From Eledone cirrhosa (Eukaryota), in assembly GCA_964016885.1 (NCBI GenBank), contig OZ024741.1, positions 253,332,001 to 253,396,000 of the forward strand: a stretch of DNA of 64,000 bases. The letters run 5' to 3'. Of this stretch, positions 59,001 to 64,000 are shown piece after piece (positions within the stretch are counted from its first letter, which is position 1; each line of letters opens with the position of its first letter). The notes beneath the pieces were generated by a model. That model saw only the letters and a list, made by a program, of their open reading frames with translations, was not told where the DNA came from and searched no databases. The position numbers and the translations under genes are program-made.

Positions 59001-62000
59001 TTAACACCAGTCATACCATCAATATCACTGATAACTGCCATACCATCAATATAACTAATGGCTACCATACCATTAACACCAGTCATACCATCAATATCAC
59101 TGATAACTGCCATACCATCAATATAACTAATAGCTACCATACCATTAACACCAGTCATACCATCAATATCACTGATAACTGCCATACCATCAATATAACT
59201 AATGGCTACCATACCATTAACACCAATCATACCATCAATATCACTGATAACTGCCATACCATCAATATAACTAATAGCTACCATACCATTAACACCAATG
59301 ATACCATCAATATCACTGATAATTGCCATACCATCAATATAACTAATGGCTACCATACCATTAACACCAGTCATACCATCAATATCACTGATAACTGCCA
59401 TACTATCAATATACCTAATGGCTACCATACATTAACACCAGTCATAGCATCAATACCACTGATGACTGCCATACCATCAATAAAACTAATGGCTACCATA
59501 CCATTAACACCAGTCATACCATCAATATCACTGATAACTGCCATACCATCAATATAACTAATGGCTACCATAACATTAACACCAGTCATACCATCAATAT
59601 CACTGATAACTGCCATACCATCAATATAACTAATGGCTACCATACCATTAACACCACTCATACCATCAATACCACTGATAACTGCCATACCATCAATATA
59701 ACTAATAGCTACCATACCATTAACACCAGTCATACCATCAATACCACTGATAACTGCCATACCATCAATATAACTAATGGCTACCATACCATTAACACCA
59801 GTCATACCATCAATATCACTGATAACTGCCATACCATCACTATAACTAATGGCTACCATACATTAACACCAGTCATACCATCAATACCACTGATAACTGC
59901 CATACCATCAATAAAACTAATGGCTACCATACCATTAACACCAGTCATACCATCAATATCACTTATAACTGCCATACCATCAATATAACTAATGGCTACC
60001 ATAACATTAACACCAGTCATACCATCAATATCACTGATAACTGCCATACCATCAATATAACTACTGGCTACCATACCATTAACACCAGTCATACCATCAA
60101 TACCACTGATAACTGCCATACCATCAATATAAATAATGGCTACCATACCATTAACACCAGTCATACCATCAATACCACTGATAACTGCCATACCATCAAT
60201 ATAACTAATGGCTACCATACCATTAACACCAGTCATACAGTCAATATCACTGATAACTGCCATACCATCAATATAACTAATGGCTACCGTACCATTAACA
60301 CCAGTCATACCATCAATACCACTGATAACTGCCATACCATCAATATAACTAATGGCTACCATACCATTAACACCAGTCATACCATCAATACCACTGATAA
60401 CTGCCATACCATCAATATAACTAATGGCTACCATACCATTAACACCAGTCATACAGTCAATATCACTGATAATTGCCATACCATCAATATAACTAATGGC
60501 TACCGTACCATTAACACCAATCATACCATCAATATCACTGATAACTGCCATACCATCAATATAACTAATAGCTACCATACCATTAACACCGGTCATACCA
60601 TCAATATCACTGATAACTGCCATACCATCAATATAACTAATGGCTACCATACCATTAACACCAGTCATACCATCAATACCACTGATAACTGCCATACCAT
60701 CAATATAACTAATGGCTACCATACCATTAACACCAGTCATACCATCAATACCACTGATAACTGCCATACCATCAATATAACTAATGGCTACCATACCATT
60801 AACACCACTCATACCATCAATACCACTGATAACTGCCATACCATCAATATAACAAATAGCTACCATACCATTAACACCAGTCATACCATCAATATCACTG
60901 ATAACTGCCATACCATCAATATAACTAATGGGTACCATACCATTAACAGCAGTCATACCATCAATAGCACTGATGACTGCCATACCATCAATATAACTAA
61001 TGGCTACCATACCATTAACACCAGTCATACCATCAATATCACTGATAACTGCCATACCATCAATATAACTAATGGCTACCATACCATTAACACCAGTCAT
61101 ACCATCAATACCACTGATAACTGCCATACCATCAATATAACTAATGGCTACCAAACCATTAACACCAGTCATACCATCAATATCACTGATAACTGCCATA
61201 CCATCAATATAACTAATAGCTACCATACCATTAACACCAGTCATACCATCAATATCACTGATAACTGCCATACCATCAATATAACTAATGGCTACCATAC
61301 CATTAACACCAATCATACCATCAATATCACTGATAACTGCCATACCATCAATATAACTAATAGCTACCATACCATTAACACCAATGATACCATCAATATC
61401 ACTGGTAACTGCCATACCATCAATATAACTAATGGCTACCATACCATTAACACCAGTCATACCATCAATATCACTGATAACTGCCATACTATCAATATAA
61501 CTAATGGCTACCATACATTAACACCAGTCATAGCATCAATACCACTGATGACTGCCATACCATCAATAAAACTAATGGCTACCATACCATTAACACCAGT
61601 CATACCATCAATATCACTGATAACTGCCATACCATCAATATAACTAATGGCTACCATAACATTAACACCAGTCATACCATCAATATCACTGATAACTGCC
61701 ATACCATCAATATAACTAATGGCTACCATACCATTAACACCACTCATACCATCAATACCACTGATAACTGCCATACCATCAATATAACTAATAGCTACCA
61801 TACCATTAACACCAGTCATACCATCAATACCACTGATAACTGCCATACCATCAATATAACTAATGGCTACCATACCATTAACACCAGTCATACCATCAAT
61901 ATCACTGATAACTGCCATACCATCACTATAACTAATGGCTACCATACATTAACACCAGTCATAGCATCAATACCACTGATAACTGCCATACCATCAATAA

Positions 62001-64000
62001 AACTAATGGCTACCATACCATTAACACCAGTCATACCATCAATATCACTTATAACTGCCATACCATCAATATAACTAATGGCTACCATAACATTAACACC
62101 AGTCATAGCATCAATATCACTGATAACTGCCATACCATCAATATAACTAATGGCTACCATACCATTAACACCACTCATACCATCAATACCACTGATAACT
62201 GCCATACCATCAATATAACAAATAGCTACCATACCATTAACACCAGTCATACCATCAATATCACTGATAACTGCCATACCATCAATATAACTAATGGCTA
62301 CCATATCATTAACACAAGTCATGCCATCAATACCACTGATAACTGCCATACCATCATTATAACTAATGGCTACCATACCATTAACACCAGTCATACCATC
62401 AATACCACTGATAACTGCCATACCATCAATATAACTAATGGCTACCATACCATTAACACCAGTCATACAGTCAATATCACTGATAACTGCCATACCATAA
62501 AAAAAACTAATGGCTACCATACCATTAACACCAGTCATACCATCAATATCACTGATAACTGCCATACCATCAATATAACTAATGGCTACCATACCATTAA
62601 CACTAGTCATACCATCAATACCACTGATAACTGCCATACCATCAATATAACTAATGGCTACCATACCATTAACACCAGTCATACGATCAATACCACTGAA
62701 AACTGCCATACCATCAATATAACTAATGGCTACCATACCATTAACACCACTCATACCATCAATATCACTGATAACTGCCATACCATCAATATAACTAATG
62801 GCTACCGTACCATTAACACCAGTCATACGATCAATACCACTGATAACTGCCATACCATCAATATAACTAATGGCTACCATACCATTAACACCAGTCATAC
62901 CATCAATACCACTGATAACTGCCATACCATCAATATAACTAATGGCTACCATAGCATTAACACCAGTCATACCATCAATACCACTGATAACTGCCATACC
63001 ATCAATATAACTAATAGCTACCATACCATTAACACCAATCATACCATCAATATCACTGATAACTGCCATACAATCAATATAACTAATAGCTACCATACCA
63101 TTAACACCAGTCATACCATCAATATCACTGATAACTGCCATACCATCAATATAACTAATGGCTACCATACCATTAACACCAGTCATACCATCAATATCAC
63201 TGATAACTGCCATACCATCAATATAACTAATAGCTACCATACCATTAACACCAATGATACCATCAATATCACTGATAACTGCCATACCATCAATATAACT
63301 AATGGCTACCATACCATTAACACTAGTCATACCATCAATTCCACTGATAACTGCCATACCATCAATAAAACTAATGGCTACCATACCATTAACACCAGTC
63401 ATACCATCAATATCACTGATAACTGCCATACCATCAATATAACTAATGGCTACCATAACATTAACACCAGTCATACACTCAATACCACTGATAACAGCCA
63501 TACCATCAATAAAACTAATGGCTACCATACCATTAACACCAGTCATACCATCAATATCACTGATAACTGCCATACCATCAATATAACTAATGGCTACCAT
63601 ACCATTAACACCAGTCATACCATCAATACCACTGATAACTGCCATACCATAAATGAAACTAATGGCTACAATACCATTACACCAGTCATACCATCAATAC
63701 CACTGATAACTGCCATACCATCAATATAACTAATCACTACCATACCATTAACACCAGTCATACCATCAATACTACTGATAACTGCCATACCATCAATATA
63801 ACTAATGGCTACCATACCATTAACACCAGTCATACAGTCAATACCACTGATAACTGCCATACCATCAATGAAACTAATGGCTACCATACCATTAACACCA
63901 GTAATACCATCAATACCACTGATAACTGCCATACCATCAATATAACTAATGACTACCATACCATTAACACCAGTCATACCATCAATACTACTGATAACTG
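25985..64000. repeat. 72-bp satellite array, ~530 units, continuing past the window end
   Basis: Consensus ccataccatcaatataactaatggcta ccataccattaacaccag tcataccatcaataYcactgataactg; uninterrupted head-to-tail; shared variants define higher-order blocks. Confidence 0.99.

Noticed and set aside
25985-64000. Telomeric repeat or reflectin-like gene
   Set aside because: No (TTAGGG)n tract; the Met/Asp/Gly-rich translation lacks the reflectin M/FD(X)5MD(X)5MD motif and its Arg/Tyr richness.

Overview
Eukaryotic, repeat-dominated window with no host gene I can support. The SINE/RTE repertoire and dense (TA)/(CA)/(CAT) microsatellites resemble octopod cephalopod DNA (inference from remembered repeat motifs, not a search). 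Bases 1-25,700 are a transposon graveyard. It holds two decayed RTE-clade LINE fragments, three tRNA/RTE-related SINE families, piggyBac-, Tc1/mariner- and hAT-type MITEs (several nested, some with readable TSDs), two convergent Helitrons (one with a Pif1-helicase remnant), a dispersed hairpin element in (TA)n tracts, and minisatellites of 57, 21, 27 and 26 bp. From ~25,720 to beyond the window end lies a >38 kb satellite of ~530 72-bp units (27+18+27, i.e. 8x9 bp) with kb-scale higher-order duplications. Its very long ORFs are most simply a by-product of a stop-resistant unit whose length is a multiple of 3. The strongest observations are a minisatellite made from the 3' end of an RTE LINE, the readable history of the 72-bp satellite, and a four-level nested insertion. 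I found no convincing new gene system.
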